DNA from: an uncultured Bacteroidales bacterium
Lineage (GTDB): Bacteria; Bacteroidota; Bacteroidia; Bacteroidales; CAZJKL01
Reading direction: 5' to 3'
DNA length: 64,000 nucleotides
NCBI GenBank assembly: GCA_964546655.1
Contig: CAZJKL010000006.1
Coordinates: 1,643-65,642, forward strand
Below the pieces are notes generated by a model that saw only the letters and a program-made list of their open reading frames with translations, had not been told where the DNA came from and ran no database searches. The position numbers were made by a program, and so were the translations under genes. The stretch's first letter is position 1; each line of letters begins with the position of its first letter. Below are positions 43,646 through 54,606 of this stretch, piece after piece.

Positions 43646-44779
43646 ATCTCCTTCATAAATTGAATTCCATGCTTTTATTTCTTCATAAACAGGAGTTATA
43701 TTTTCAATATTTATTGGGAAAATATTAGTTTTACCGTCTTCTGTAATATACTCTTTACAAGCCTTTATGCAATCAAATTCATTTAAAATATCAGATTTTG
43801 TTAAAATAATTTTTGTAACACCACTTAACATTATCGAATACTTTAATGCAGGTAAATCTAACCAGCCACATCTTCTTGCTCTTCCTGTTGTTGAACCAAA
43901 TTCATTTCCAATAGTCTGAATTCTTTTGCCTATTTCATCATTAAGTTCGGTAGGAAAAGGGCCATTACCAACTCTAGTTGTATAAGCCTTAACAATACCA
44001 TAAACATCTCTTATTTTTTGAGGAGCAAAACCTAATCCTATACAAGCACTTGCACTAATTGTGTTTGAAGAAGTAACATAAGGATAAGTTCCAAATTCGA
44101 TATCAAGCAAACTTCCTTGAGCCCCTTCAGCCAAAATATTATTGCCATTATTTAAAGCTTCATTAATAAAATATTCAGTGTAAGAAATATTATATTGTTT
44201 CAAAAATTCAATAGCTTCAAACCATTTTTCTTCTTCGGGGTCTAAATTAAAATCAACCTCAGCTTTCATACTTAAAATATGAAATTGTTTTAATTTTTCG
44301 TATTTTTCTTTGAAATTACTGTCGTAAATTTCACCTATTCTTAAGCCATGTCGTGCTATTTTATCGGTATAAGTTGGCCCAATACCTTTTAAAGTAGAAC
44401 CAATTTTTAAAGCACCTTTAAAAGCTTCATTAGAAGCATCAAGCATTCTGTGAGAAGGCAAAATTAAATTAGCCCTTTTCGAAATTATTAATGATTTTTT
44501 TACATTAACACCATAACTTTGGATTAATTCAATCTCTTTTTTTAAAGAAATAGGGTCAATTACAACACCGTTACCAATAACATTAACAATTTTCTCGTGA
44601 AAAATTCCCGAAGGAATAGTATGCAAAACCAATTTTTTACCATCAAATTCTAAAGTATGACCTGCGTTTGGACCTCCTTGGAATCTTGCAATTACATTAT
44701 AATTATTTGCTAAAACATCAACAACTTTACCTTTTCCTTCATCTCCCCACTGAAGACCTATTAAAATATCTACTGCCAT
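43535..44779 (-). CDS. purA: adenylosuccinate synthase
   Basis: 414 aa. GLQWGDEGKGKVVD, GGPNAGHT, GTTGRGIGP-like IGSTLKGIGPTY, GAQGSLLDIEFGTYPYVTSSN, and GTTGRARRCGWLD. Confidence 0.95.
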   Translation of the reverse strand: MAVDILIGLQWGDEGKGKVVDVLANNYNVIARFQGGPNAGHTLEFDGKKLVLHTIPSGIFHEKIVNVIGNGVVIDPISLKKEIELIQSYGVNVKKSLIISKRANLILPSHRMLDASNEAFKGALKIGSTLKGIGPTYTDKIARHGLRIGEIYDSNFKEKYEKLKQFHILSMKAEVDFNLDPEEEKWFEAIEFLKQYNISYTEYFINEALNNGNNILAEGAQGSLLDIEFGTYPYVTSSNTISASACIGLGFAPQKIRDVYGIVKAYTTRVGNGPFPTELNDEIGKRIQTIGNEFGSTTGRARRCGWLDLPALKYSIMLSGVTKIILTKSDILNEFDCIKACKEYITEDGKTNIFPINIENITPVYEEIKAWNSIYEGDKINNDLLNYIKYLESNLNVEIPIISTGPNRKDIIFR

Positions 44780-44872
44780 TTTTAAAAATTTTAAATTACC
44801 ACCAAAAATACAAAACTAGATACAATTCAAAAGTAAAAATCAAAAAAATATTAAAATAAAATAATTGTTGAT

Positions 44873-44880
44873 TATATTTG
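44873..44880 (+). promoter_or_regulatory. candidate -7 promoter box (TATATTTG) for the sugar-nucleotide cluster
   Basis: Exact TAnnTTTG match, 33 nt upstream of the ATG at 44914. Confidence 0.3.
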
Positions 44881-44913
44881 CGGAATATTTTTTAAAAAAA
44901 CAACAATTATTTT

Positions 44914-45846
44914 ATGGGTAAGAAAATATTAGTAACAGGAGGATCTGGGTTTTTAGGATCTCATTTATGTGAAAGACTTTTAAGTGAAGGTAATGAAGTA
45001 ATATGCCTTGATAACTATTTTACTGGTGATAAAAAAAATATAATACACCTTATTTCGAACCCTTATTTTGAATTAATAAGACACGATATAACAACTCCAA
45101 TTTTTCTTGAAGTAGATCAAATATATAATTTAGCTTGTCCGGCTAGCCCAATTCATTATCAATATAATGCTATAAAAACTATAAAAACATCGGTTTTAGG
45201 AGCTATAAATGTATTAGGATTAGCTAAAAGAGTTAAAGCAACAGTATTACAAGCTTCAACAAGTGAAGTTTATGGTGACCCAGAAGTTCATCCACAAGAA
45301 GAATCATATTGGGGTCATGTTAATCCAATCGGAATTAGATCATGTTACGATGAAGGTAAAAGATGTGCCGAATCATTATTTATTAATTATCATAAACAAA
45401 ACAATGTTGATATTAAAATAATGAGAATTTTTAATACCTACGGTCCAAGAATGCATCCAAATGATGGAAGAGTTGTTTCTAATTTTATTATGCAAGCATT
45501 AAATAATCAGGACATTACAATTTATGGTGATGGCATGCAAACACGAAGTTTTTGTTATGTAGATGACTTAATAAACGGAATGATAAAATTAATGAATTCA
45601 CCAAAAGAATTTATTGGACCAGTTAATATTGGAAATCCAGGAGAATTTACCATTAAAGAGTTAGCCGAAATGGTTATTAAACTAACTGGCTCTAAATCAA
45701 AATTAGTATATAATGAATTGCCTGCCGACGATCCAATGCAAAGAAAACCAAATATAACTTTAGCAAAAGAAAAGTTAAGCTGGGAACCAAAAATAAAACT
45801 CGAAGAAGGGTTAATTAAAACAATAAATTATTTTAAAAATATATAA
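44914..45846 (+). CDS. UDP-glucuronic acid decarboxylase (UDP-xylose synthase)
   Basis: 310 aa. [95 protein letters not shown], and [15 protein letters not shown]. Classic UXS signature. Confidence 0.9.
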   Translation: MGKKILVTGGSGFLGSHLCERLLSEGNEVICLDNYFTGDKKNIIHLISNPYFELIRHDITTPIFLEVDQIYNLACPASPIHYQYNAIKTIKTSVLGAINVLGLAKRVKATVLQASTSEVYGDPEVHPQEESYWGHVNPIGIRSCYDEGKRCAESLFINYHKQNNVDIKIMRIFNTYGPRMHPNDGRVVSNFIMQALNNQDITIYGDGMQTRSFCYVDDLINGMIKLMNSPKEFIGPVNIGNPGEFTIKELAEMVIKLTGSKSKLVYNELPADDPMQRKPNITLAKEKLSWEPKIKLEEGLIKTINYFKNI

Positions 45847-45858
45847 TATAATTAATTT

Positions 45859-46740
45859 ATGAAGGGAATAATTTTAGCCGGAGGCTCAGGAACAAGACTA
45901 TATCCAATAACAAAAACAATATCAAAACAAATATTACCAATTTACGATAAACCGATGATTTATTATCCATTATCTGTTTTAATGTTATCGGGAATTAAAG
46001 ACATATTAATAATTTCAACACCTTTTGATTTGCCTTTATTCGAAAAATTATTAGGAGATGGTAAAAATTTAGGGATAAATATTTCATATAAAGAACAACC
46101 ATCACCAGACGGACTAGCACAAGCATTTTTAATTGGCGAAGAATTTATTGGCAATGATAATGTTTGTATGATATTAGGTGATAATATTTTTTATGGAGAC
46201 GGATTATCAAAAATACTTCAAAACGCTGCGAAAATCGAAAAAGGAGCAACAGTTTTTGGCTATTATGTTAATGACCCAGAAAGATATGGCGTAGTTGAAT
46301 TCGATAGCAATGGAAAAGTTATTACTGTTGAAGAAAAACCAATTAATCCAAAATCAAATTATGCAATTACAGGGTTATATTTTTATGATAATACAGTAGT
46401 TGAAAAGGCAAAAATATTAAAACCATCAAAAAGAGGCGAATTAGAAATAACCGACTTAAATAGATTATATTTAGAAGAAAATACTTTAGATGTAGAATTA
46501 TTGAGCAGAGGGTTTGCTTGGTTAGATACAGGAACACACGATAGTTTAATTCAGGCTTCAAATTTTGTTAGAACAATAGAAAAAAGACAAGGATTAAAAA
46601 TAGCTTGTTTAGAAGAAATAGCCTATAAAATGAAATATATAAATAAAGAACAATTACTCTTACTAGCTAAAGAATTAGAAAAAAACCAATATGGTCAATA
46701 TCTTAAAAAAATAGCAAATGATGTTTTGTTTAATATTTAA
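45859..46740 (+). CDS. rfbA: glucose-1-phosphate thymidylyltransferase
   Basis: 293 aa. [47 protein letters not shown], and GELEITD. Confidence 0.95.
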   Translation: MKGIILAGGSGTRLYPITKTISKQILPIYDKPMIYYPLSVLMLSGIKDILIISTPFDLPLFEKLLGDGKNLGINISYKEQPSPDGLAQAFLIGEEFIGNDNVCMILGDNIFYGDGLSKILQNAAKIEKGATVFGYYVNDPERYGVVEFDSNGKVITVEEKPINPKSNYAITGLYFYDNTVVEKAKILKPSKRGELEITDLNRLYLEENTLDVELLSRGFAWLDTGTHDSLIQASNFVRTIEKRQGLKIACLEEIAYKMKYINKEQLLLLAKELEKNQYGQYLKKIANDVLFNI

Positions 46741-46750
46741 ATAATTTGAA

Positions 46751-47305
46751 ATGAAGGTTATAAATACAAATATAGAAGGGGTTTATGTTTTTGAACCAAC
46801 CGTATTTAATGATTCAAGAGGTTTTTTCCTCGAAAGTTTTAATAAACAATCTTTTTTAGAATTAAATTTAGAAAATGAATTTGTTCAAGACAATCATTCA
46901 AAATCTACCTATGGCGTAATAAGAGGATTGCATTTCCAAAAAGAACCTTACGCACAAGCTAAATTAGTAAGAGTAGTAAAAGGCGAAATATTAGATGTTT
47001 GCGTTGATTTAAGAAAAAATTCACCAACTTTTGGGAAATACTTTTCAGTAAGATTATCAGAAAAAAACAATTTACAACTGTATATCCCAAGAAATTTTGC
47101 ACATGGATTTTCGGTACTAAGTGAAACAGCAGAAGTATTATATAAATGCGATAATTATTACAACAAAACTTCTGAAAGCGGTATTATATATAATGATAAA
47201 ACTTTAAATATTAATTGGGAAGTTGATGAAAATAAGGCAATTATTTCAGAAAAAGATTTAAGTAATAAAACTTTTTCTGAATTAAAAAATGAAATTAATA
47301 AATAG
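46751..47305 (+). CDS. rfbC: dTDP-4-dehydrorhamnose 3,5-epimerase
   Basis: 184 aa. FEPTVFNDSRGFFLESF, RGLHFQ, KLVRVVKGEILDVCVDLR, and HGFSVLSE. Confidence 0.95.
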   Translation: MKVINTNIEGVYVFEPTVFNDSRGFFLESFNKQSFLELNLENEFVQDNHSKSTYGVIRGLHFQKEPYAQAKLVRVVKGEILDVCVDLRKNSPTFGKYFSVRLSEKNNLQLYIPRNFAHGFSVLSETAEVLYKCDNYYNKTSESGIIYNDKTLNINWEVDENKAIISEKDLSNKTFSELKNEINK

Positions 47306-47321
47306 TTAATAAAAAATAAAA

Positions 47322-48191
47322 ATGGTATCAGTATTAGTAACAGGGGCTAATGGACAATTAGGTAGCGAGATAAAAAAAATATCAGAAAACAGCGAATTCA
47401 AATTTTATTTTACCGACATAGAAACACTTGATATTTCAAAAGAAGCCTTAATAGAAGAATACGTAAAATCGAATAAAATAAATTGGATAATAAATTGTGC
47501 AGCATATACTGCGGTAGATTTAGCCGAAAAAGAAATCCAAAAAGCCGAATTAATTAATGTTAACGGAACAAGAAACATAGCAAAAATTGCAGTTAAGTAC
47601 GACATTAAAATAATTCATATATCAACAGATTTTGTTTATGATGGGGAAAATAATATTCCTTACGACGAAAGCGATAAAGCAACACCTTTGTCTTTTTACG
47701 GAAAAACAAAACTTTATGGCGAGATGGAAATAAAAAAAGCCATGAAAAATTATATTATAATTAGAACATCTTGGCTTTATTCATCTTATGGTAAAAACTT
47801 TGTGAAAACAATAATAAATTTAGCAAAAGAGAAAGAAGAAATAAATGTTGTTTTTGACCAAATTGGAACACCAACATATGCAAATGATTTAGCCGATTGT
47901 ATTATTGAAATGATTAAATCACACGAAATCAAAGGTCTTAAATTTACCGAAGGAATTTATCATTATTCAAATGAAGGAGTAGCAAGTTGGTACGATTTTG
48001 CAAAAGCTATAGTTAAAGAATCTAAAATTAAATGTAAGATAAATCCGATAGAAACAAAAGATTTTCCGACTCTTGCTAAAAGGCCTAATTACAGCGTTTT
48101 AAATAAGAAAAAAATAAGAGAAAAATATAATATTGAAATTCCTTATTGGCTTGACAGCCTTGAAAATTGTATCAATATTATTGATAAATAA
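47322..48191 (+). CDS. rfbD: dTDP-4-dehydrorhamnose reductase
   Basis: 289 aa. VLVTGANGQLG, INCAAYTAVD.AE, STDFVYDG, YGKTKL.GE, and RTSWLYS. Confidence 0.9.
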   Translation: MVSVLVTGANGQLGSEIKKISENSEFKFYFTDIETLDISKEALIEEYVKSNKINWIINCAAYTAVDLAEKEIQKAELINVNGTRNIAKIAVKYDIKIIHISTDFVYDGENNIPYDESDKATPLSFYGKTKLYGEMEIKKAMKNYIIIRTSWLYSSYGKNFVKTIINLAKEKEEINVVFDQIGTPTYANDLADCIIEMIKSHEIKGLKFTEGIYHYSNEGVASWYDFAKAIVKESKIKCKINPIETKDFPTLAKRPNYSVLNKKKIREKYNIEIPYWLDSLENCINIIDK

Positions 48192-48364
48192 GTATCTAAA
48201 AAATACAAAATTCTTATTTAAATTTCTAATAGATAAATAATTAAGAATATACAATTATTAATATAATTAGAAAATAAATGTGTAATCATTTGTATAAAAA
48301 AAATAGTTTTTAGATATTTGCAGTCCTTTTTAAAAAAATAAATAATTTTAATTTTTTAGACTTT

Positions 48365-50491
48365 ATGAAAGTATACAAAACGAGTGAAATAAGAAACGTT
48401 TCTTTTATTGGAAGCGCTAAATCTGGAAAAACTACATTAGCAGAAGCAGCATTGTTAAATGGTAAAGTAATAAACAGAAGAGGTACTATTGATGATAAAA
48501 ACACAGCATCAGATTATAAAGAAATTGAATTAGAAAGACAAAATTCAGTTGTAGCATCCGTATTATATACTGAATATGAAGATAAAAAAATAAATATTAT
48601 AGACACCCCAGGTTTTGATGATTTCGTTGGAGAAGTAGTGTCTGCATTAACAGTAACCGAAGGAGCAGTTTTAGTAATAAATGGTCAAAATGGCGTTGAA
48701 GTTGGAGCAGAACAAGCATGGAGAAATGCTAAAAATAGCAAAACTCCATTGATTATTGCTGTAAACCAAATGGAACACGAAAAAACAAATTTCGACGAAG
48801 TGCTTTCTTCAATTAAAGCAAGTTTAACTCCAAAAGCAGTATTAATTCATTATCCTATAAATCCAGGTCCTGGATTTAATGCTGTTATTGACGTTTTAAA
48901 AATGAAATATGTTGAATTCTCTGATGGAAAATCTGTTGAAAAAGAAATTCCTGCTCAGTATGCTGATAAAGCAGAAGAATTAAGAGGCGAATTAATCGAA
49001 GTTGCTGCAGAAGGTGAAGAAGAATTAATGGAAATATTTTTTGATAAAGGAACATTAACAGAAGAAGAATTAATTAGAGGATTAAGATTATGTGTAATTA
49101 ATAGAAATGCATATCCAATCGTATGTGCATCATCTAAAGAAAATAAAGGTGTAGTAGATTTATTAAGTATTATTAATAAAATATTACCAGCACCTGATGA
49201 AATTAGTATTATGGAATCAGAAAATGGTGAAAAAATACAAATAAGCAGTAATGGAAAATTATCATTATTTATTTTTAAAATTTCATCAGAACCACATTTA
49301 GGAGAAGTTTCTATATTTAAAGTTGTTTCTGGAAAAATATCAGAAGGAACAGATATTATTAATAAAAGAAGAGAAAACAGAGATAGAATTACTCAATTAT
49401 TAATAATGGCTGGTAAAAACAGAGTTAAAATTGAATCTATTGAAGCAGGAGATATAGGAGCAACAATAAAATTAAAAGAAAACAGAGTAAGTGATACTAT
49501 TAATGAAAAAGATAATGAATTAATAGTTAAAAAAGTAAACTATCCAGAACCAAAATTTAGAACAGCAATTAAGGCAGTTAACTCTACAGATGAAGAAAAA
49601 TTAACAGCAACATTACTTCAAATGGCGAAAGAAGACCCAACATTATTAGTTGGATATTCAAAAGAATTAAAACAAATGATAGTTCAAAGCCAGGGAGAAT
49701 TAAGAATGGCTATTTTAAAATGGTATTTAGATAATATATATAAAATAGAAACAGAATACAAAACTCCAAAGATTGAATATAGAGAAACTATAACAAAATC
49801 TGCAAAATCAATGTACCGCCACAAAAAACAATCAGGTGGAGCAGGTCAATTCGGAGAAATTCATATTGTTGTTGAACCATACGAAGACAATAAACCATAT
49901 ATTAAAGAAATGCCAATTCGTGGAAATGAAATTATTGAAATGCCATGGGGAGGTAAATTAGAGTTTGTAAATTGTATAGTAGGTGGAAGTATTGATGCAA
50001 GATTTTTGCCAGCTGTATTAAAAGGTGTAATGGAAAAAATGGAAGAAGGACCATTAACAGGTTCTTATGCAAGAGATATTAGACTTTATTTACATGATGG
50101 AAAAATGCACCCAGTTGATTCAAATGAAATATCATTTAAATTAGCAGGTAGATATGCATTTAGCCAGGCATTTAAAGAAGCAGGCCCTAAAATTCTAGAG
50201 CCAATATATGATGTTGAAGTTTTAACTCCAGAAGATAGAATGGGAGATGTAATGACAGATTTACAAGGAAGAAGATCGATTATTATGGGAATGGAGCCAG
50301 AAGAAAATGATTATAAAACAATTAAAGCAAGAGTTCCATTAGCAGAAATGAATAAATATTCAACTTCATTAAGTTCATTATCTAATGGTAGAGCATCATA
50401 TTCTATGAAATATGCAGACTATCAGCAGGTTCCTGGAGATGTACAAGATCAATTATTAAAAGCTTATGAAGCAGAAAATAAAGAAGAATAA
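48365..50491 (+). CDS. elongation factor G paralog (EFG-II-like) with degenerate GTPase motifs
   Basis: 708 aa, colinear with FusA (IIDTPG, KKQSGGAGQFGE, HPVDSNEISFK, C-terminal domain V). Motif differences: P-loop GSAKSGKT, G3 DTPGF rather than DTPGH, G4 NQME rather than NKxD. Confidence 0.85.
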   Translation: MKVYKTSEIRNVSFIGSAKSGKTTLAEAALLNGKVINRRGTIDDKNTASDYKEIELERQNSVVASVLYTEYEDKKINIIDTPGFDDFVGEVVSALTVTEGAVLVINGQNGVEVGAEQAWRNAKNSKTPLIIAVNQMEHEKTNFDEVLSSIKASLTPKAVLIHYPINPGPGFNAVIDVLKMKYVEFSDGKSVEKEIPAQYADKAEELRGELIEVAAEGEEELMEIFFDKGTLTEEELIRGLRLCVINRNAYPIVCASSKENKGVVDLLSIINKILPAPDEISIMESENGEKIQISSNGKLSLFIFKISSEPHLGEVSIFKVVSGKISEGTDIINKRRENRDRITQLLIMAGKNRVKIESIEAGDIGATIKLKENRVSDTINEKDNELIVKKVNYPEPKFRTAIKAVNSTDEEKLTATLLQMAKEDPTLLVGYSKELKQMIVQSQGELRMAILKWYLDNIYKIETEYKTPKIEYRETITKSAKSMYRHKKQSGGAGQFGEIHIVVEPYEDNKPYIKEMPIRGNEIIEMPWGGKLEFVNCIVGGSIDARFLPAVLKGVMEKMEEGPLTGSYARDIRLYLHDGKMHPVDSNEISFKLAGRYAFSQAFKEAGPKILEPIYDVEVLTPEDRMGDVMTDLQGRRSIIMGMEPEENDYKTIKARVPLAEMNKYSTSLSSLSNGRASYSMKYADYQQVPGDVQDQLLKAYEAENKEE

Positions 50492-50510
50492 ATAAAATAT
50501 AAGATTTAAT

Positions 50511-50541
50511 TTTGTTATTAAAAAAATAAATTATATTTTTG
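50511..50541 (+). promoter_or_regulatory. candidate promoter of the rpsL-led ribosomal protein operon (TTTG - 19 nt - TATTTTTG)
   Basis: TTTG at 50511-14 and TATTTTTG at 50534-41. Both the spacing and the boxes fit the Bacteroides -33/-7 consensus. It lies 44 nt upstream of the rpsL ATG. Confidence 0.45.
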
Positions 50542-50585
50542 CGTTCTGTTTTTTAAAAAAAGTAATATAATATATAGATAATAAT

Positions 50586-50963
50586 ATGCCAACAGTACAA
50601 CAATTAGTAAGAAAAGGAAGAAAGCAATTACTAGATAAAAGTAGTTCGCCAGCACTTAACTCTTGTCCTCAAAGAAGAGGTGTTTGCGTACGTGTTTATA
50701 CAACAACACCAAAAAAACCTAACTCAGCGATGAGAAAAGTTGCAAGGGTAAGACTTACAAATGGTAATGAAGTAAATGCATACATACCAGGAGAAGGACA
50801 CAATTTACAAGAACACTCAATAGTGCTTGTTAGAGGCGGCAGAGTGAAAGATTTACCAGGTGTGAGATATCACATCGTAAGAGGTGCTTTAGATACAGCT
50901 GGAGTTGAAGGAAGAACTCAAAGAAGATCTAAGTACGGAGCAAAGAGACCAAAGAAAAAATAA
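50586..50963 (+). CDS. rpsL: 30S ribosomal protein S12
   Basis: 125 aa. [31 protein letters not shown], and [17 protein letters not shown]. Confidence 0.97.
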   Translation: MPTVQQLVRKGRKQLLDKSSSPALNSCPQRRGVCVRVYTTTPKKPNSAMRKVARVRLTNGNEVNAYIPGEGHNLQEHSIVLVRGGRVKDLPGVRYHIVRGALDTAGVEGRTQRRSKYGAKRPKKK

Positions 50964-50987
50964 CATTTATAAAAAGTTTTCATAGCA

Positions 50988-51464
50988 ATGAGAAAAGCTA
51001 AACCAAAAAAGAGAATTATTACACCAGATCCAAGATTTGGAGACATATTGGTTACAAAATTTGTAAACAATTTAATGGAATGTGGCAAAAAAAATATATC
51101 TTATAATATATTTTATCAAGCTTTAGATATAGTTGGTGAAAAATTAAAAAGTGTTGAAGAAAAACCATTAGAAATATGGAAAAAAGCTCTTTCTAATATA
51201 ACTCCATCTGTTGAAGTAAAAAGCAGAAGAGTTGGTGGAGCAACATTTCAAATACCAATGGAAATTAGACCAGCAAGAAAAGTTTCTATGGGAATGAAAT
51301 GGATGATTCTATATTCTAGAAAAAGACATGAAAAAACAATGAGTGAAAAATTAGCAGGAGAAATAATGTCGGCATTTAAAGAAGAAGGAGCTGCTTTTAA
51401 GAAGAAAGAAGATACGCATAGAATGGCAGAAGCAAATAAAGCTTTCTCGCATTTCAGAGCGTAA
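50988..51464 (+). CDS. rpsG: 30S ribosomal protein S7
   Basis: 158 aa. [29 protein letters not shown], and [18 protein letters not shown]. Confidence 0.97.
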   Translation: MRKAKPKKRIITPDPRFGDILVTKFVNNLMECGKKNISYNIFYQALDIVGEKLKSVEEKPLEIWKKALSNITPSVEVKSRRVGGATFQIPMEIRPARKVSMGMKWMILYSRKRHEKTMSEKLAGEIMSAFKEEGAAFKKKEDTHRMAEANKAFSHFRA

Positions 51465-51505
51465 TAATATATTTTATTAATTTAACATAGTACGGGAAGA
51501 TAGAG

Positions 51506-53614
51506 ATGAATAGAGATCTCTCATATACAAGAAACATTGGTATAATGGCTCATATTGACGCCGGTAAAACTACAACAACCGAAAGGATATTGTACTATAC
51601 AGGAATCAATCATAAGCTAGGAGAAGTGCATGATGGCGCCGCTACTATGGATTGGATGATACAAGAACAAGAAAGAGGTATCACTATTACATCAGCAGCT
51701 ACAACCACTTTTTGGAAATACAATAATTCTGATTACAAAATCAATATTATTGACACTCCAGGTCACGTAGATTTTACAGCAGAAGTAGAAAGATCACTTA
51801 GAGTATTAGATGGAGCTATTGCTCTTTTTTGTGCTGTAGGTGGAGTTGAAGCACAATCAGAAACAGTGTGGAGACAAGCAGATAAATATAATGTTCCTAG
51901 AATCGTTTATGTTAATAAATTAGATAGAGTAGGAGCAGATTTTTTCAAAGTTCTTGATGAAATTAAAGAAAAATTAGGTGCAAGACCTATAGCTACTCAA
52001 ATACCAATCGGTACTGAAAATGATTTTGTTGGAGTAGTTGACTTAATTTCTCAAAAAGCATATCAATGGAGCGGAAGCGATAAAGGCATTACTTGGGAAG
52101 AAATTGATATTCCTGAAGATTTAAAAGAAACAGTTGAAGAATATAGATTAAAACTTATCGAAGTTGTTGCAGAAGAAAATGAAACTTTATTAGATAAATT
52201 CATTAATGATTCTAATTCATTAACAGAAGAAGAATTAATTAGTACTTTAAGAAAATTAACAATTGATTTAAAAATTGTTCCTGTTTTATGCGGATCATCG
52301 TTTAAAAATAAAGGAGTGCAGTTTTTGTTAGATTCTGTAATTAAATATTTACCATCTCCATCAGATATTTCAAGTGCAACAGGAATAAATCCACATAACG
52401 ATAAAGAAGAAGTTAGAAAAGCAGATACAGAAGAGAAATTTTCTGCATTAGTTTTTAAAATAGCTACTGATTCGTTTATGGGTAAATTAGCATATTTTAG
52501 AGTTTACTCAGGAACATTAAAATCAGGAGAACAAGTTCTAAACGCTACTACATCAAAAAAAGAAAGAATAAGCAAAATATTCCAAATGCATTCTAATAAA
52601 CAAAACGCTATAAGTGAAATTGGCGCTGGAGATATTGGAGCAGCAGTTGGGTTTAAAAATATAAGAACAGGTGATACGTTATGTGATGATAAATATCCTA
52701 TTTTATTAGAAAGTATGGTATTTCCAATTCCTGTAATTTCAATTGCAATTGAACCAAAATCACAAGCAGAATTTGATAAATTAACTTTAGCATTAAGCAA
52801 ATTATCAGAAGAAGATCCAACCTTTATTGTTAAAAACAACGAAGAAACAGGTCAAACTATTATTAGCGGAATGGGTGAGTTACATTTAGAAATCATTCTA
52901 GATAGATTAAAAAGAGAATTTAACGTAGAGTGCAATTCAGGTAAACCACAAGTTTCATACAGAGAAGCAATAACTCAAACTGTTACACATACTGAAGTTT
53001 ATAAAAAACAATCAGGGGGAAGAGGAAGTTATGCGAAAATTAAAATTGAAATAAGTCCAGTAGAAAAAGAAGACGCAGGATTATTAATATTTTCAGATGA
53101 AACAAAAGGCGGAGCAATACCAAAAGAATTTATTAAGCCAATAGAAAAAGGTCTAAAAAACGCTTTGATGAATGGCGTTGTTGCTGGATATCAAATAAAT
53201 GGAATAAAAGTTAGATTATTAGACGGAGATTTTCATGCTGTTGATTCAGATGCTTTATCTTTTGAAATAGCTGCTAGTATAGCATTAAAAGAATCTTGCA
53301 AAAAAGCAAAACCAGTATTATTAGAACCTATAATGAATTTAGAAGTAGTAACACCTGAAGTATATTTTGGAGATATTTCAAGTGATATAAATAGAAAAAA
53401 AGGAAGTTTATTAGGTGTTGAAATTAAAGGTACAAGTCATGTAGTTAAAGCACATGTTCCTTTAAGAGAAATGTTTGGTTACATAACAACACTTAGATCA
53501 ATTTCTTCGGGAAGAGCAACTTATTCATTAGAATTTGATCATTATGAAGAAGTTCCAAGAGAAAAAGCTGAAGAAATTTTGTTCAAAATGAGAGGTTACG
53601 CATATAAATATTAA
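51506..53614 (+). CDS. fusA: elongation factor G (canonical)
   Basis: 702 aa. [58 protein letters not shown], and VNKLDR. Confidence 0.97.
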   Translation: MNRDLSYTRNIGIMAHIDAGKTTTTERILYYTGINHKLGEVHDGAATMDWMIQEQERGITITSAATTTFWKYNNSDYKINIIDTPGHVDFTAEVERSLRVLDGAIALFCAVGGVEAQSETVWRQADKYNVPRIVYVNKLDRVGADFFKVLDEIKEKLGARPIATQIPIGTENDFVGVVDLISQKAYQWSGSDKGITWEEIDIPEDLKETVEEYRLKLIEVVAEENETLLDKFINDSNSLTEEELISTLRKLTIDLKIVPVLCGSSFKNKGVQFLLDSVIKYLPSPSDISSATGINPHNDKEEVRKADTEEKFSALVFKIATDSFMGKLAYFRVYSGTLKSGEQVLNATTSKKERISKIFQMHSNKQNAISEIGAGDIGAAVGFKNIRTGDTLCDDKYPILLESMVFPIPVISIAIEPKSQAEFDKLTLALSKLSEEDPTFIVKNNEETGQTIISGMGELHLEIILDRLKREFNVECNSGKPQVSYREAITQTVTHTEVYKKQSGGRGSYAKIKIEISPVEKEDAGLLIFSDETKGGAIPKEFIKPIEKGLKNALMNGVVAGYQINGIKVRLLDGDFHAVDSDALSFEIAASIALKESCKKAKPVLLEPIMNLEVVTPEVYFGDISSDINRKKGSLLGVEIKGTSHVVKAHVPLREMFGYITTLRSISSGRATYSLEFDHYEEVPREKAEEILFKMRGYAYKY

Positions 53615-53632
53615 AGTATAAATTTTAAATAA

Positions 53633-53938
53633 ATGAGTCAGAAAATTAGAATTAAATTGAAATCATACGATCATAATTTGGTTGATAAATCAGCTGAAAA
53701 GATCGCAAAAACTGTAAAAACAACAGGAGCTGTAGTTAGTGGTCCAATACCATTGCCAACAAACAAAAGAATTTTCACAGTATTGAAATCTCCATTTGTT
53801 AATAAAAAAGCAAGAGAACAATTTCAATTATGTTCATATATGAGATTAATTGATATATATAGCACAACTACAAAAACTGTTGATGCATTAATGAAACTTG
53901 AATTACCTAGTGGTGTTGAAGTTGAAATAAAAGTTTAA
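53633..53938 (+). CDS. rpsJ: 30S ribosomal protein S10
   Basis: 101 aa. [20 protein letters not shown], and GPIPLPT. Confidence 0.97.
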   Translation: MSQKIRIKLKSYDHNLVDKSAEKIAKTVKTTGAVVSGPIPLPTNKRIFTVLKSPFVNKKAREQFQLCSYMRLIDIYSTTTKTVDALMKLELPSGVEVEIKV

Positions 53939-53970
53939 AAAAGAATAATAACTAAATAACTATTAAAGAA

Positions 53971-54606
53971 ATGTCCGGATTAATAGGGAAAAAAATTGGA
54001 ATGACAAGTATATTTGACCAAAATGGTAAAAATATAGCGTGTACAGTAATAGAAGCTGGACCTTGTTTTGTAACTCAAGTTAAATCTAAAGAAATTGACG
54101 GCTATGAAGCTATTCAATTAGGTTATGATGATTTAATTAAAGAGAAAAATATAACAAAAGCAATTAAAGGTCATTTTGAAAAATCAAAAGTAAGCCCAAA
54201 AAGAAAATTAGTTGAGTTTACAAGATTTGAAGAAGGTCATCAAAAATCTTTAGGTGAAGTATTAACAGCAGATAATGTATTTATCGAAGGAGAATATATT
54301 GATGTTGTTGGAACAACTAAAGGAAAAGGATTTCAAGGTGTTGTTAAAAGACACGGATTTAGTGGCGTTAACGACGCTACTCACGGTCAGCACAATAGAC
54401 TTAGAGCACCGGGGTCAGTTGGAGCATCTTCATATCCATCAAGAGTTTTTAAAGGCATGAGAATGGCTGGAAGAACAGGCGGAGACCAGAAGAAAGTTAT
54501 AAATATGCAGATTGTTAAAATATTAAAAGAAGATAATATAATAATTGTAAAAGGTGCTGTACCTGGAGCAAAAGGATCATACTTAAAATTAGAAAGATGG
54601 AAATAG
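53971..54606 (+). CDS. rplC: 50S ribosomal protein L3
   Basis: 211 aa. [29 protein letters not shown], and [12 protein letters not shown]. Confidence 0.97.
   Translation: MSGLIGKKIGMTSIFDQNGKNIACTVIEAGPCFVTQVKSKEIDGYEAIQLGYDDLIKEKNITKAIKGHFEKSKVSPKRKLVEFTRFEEGHQKSLGEVLTADNVFIEGEYIDVVGTTKGKGFQGVVKRHGFSGVNDATHGQHNRLRAPGSVGASSYPSRVFKGMRMAGRTGGDQKKVINMQIVKILKEDNIIIVKGAVPGAKGSYLKLERWK

Noticed and set aside
52504-52839. 111-aa minus-strand ORF inside fusA, and similar antisense or alternate-frame ORFs (e.g. 54275..54460, 56170..56439, 57506..57763, 36473..36755, 19052..19279, 22145..22327)
   Set aside because: All are embedded in strongly supported genes, and in AT-rich DNA long spurious frames are expected. 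None has recognisable motifs.
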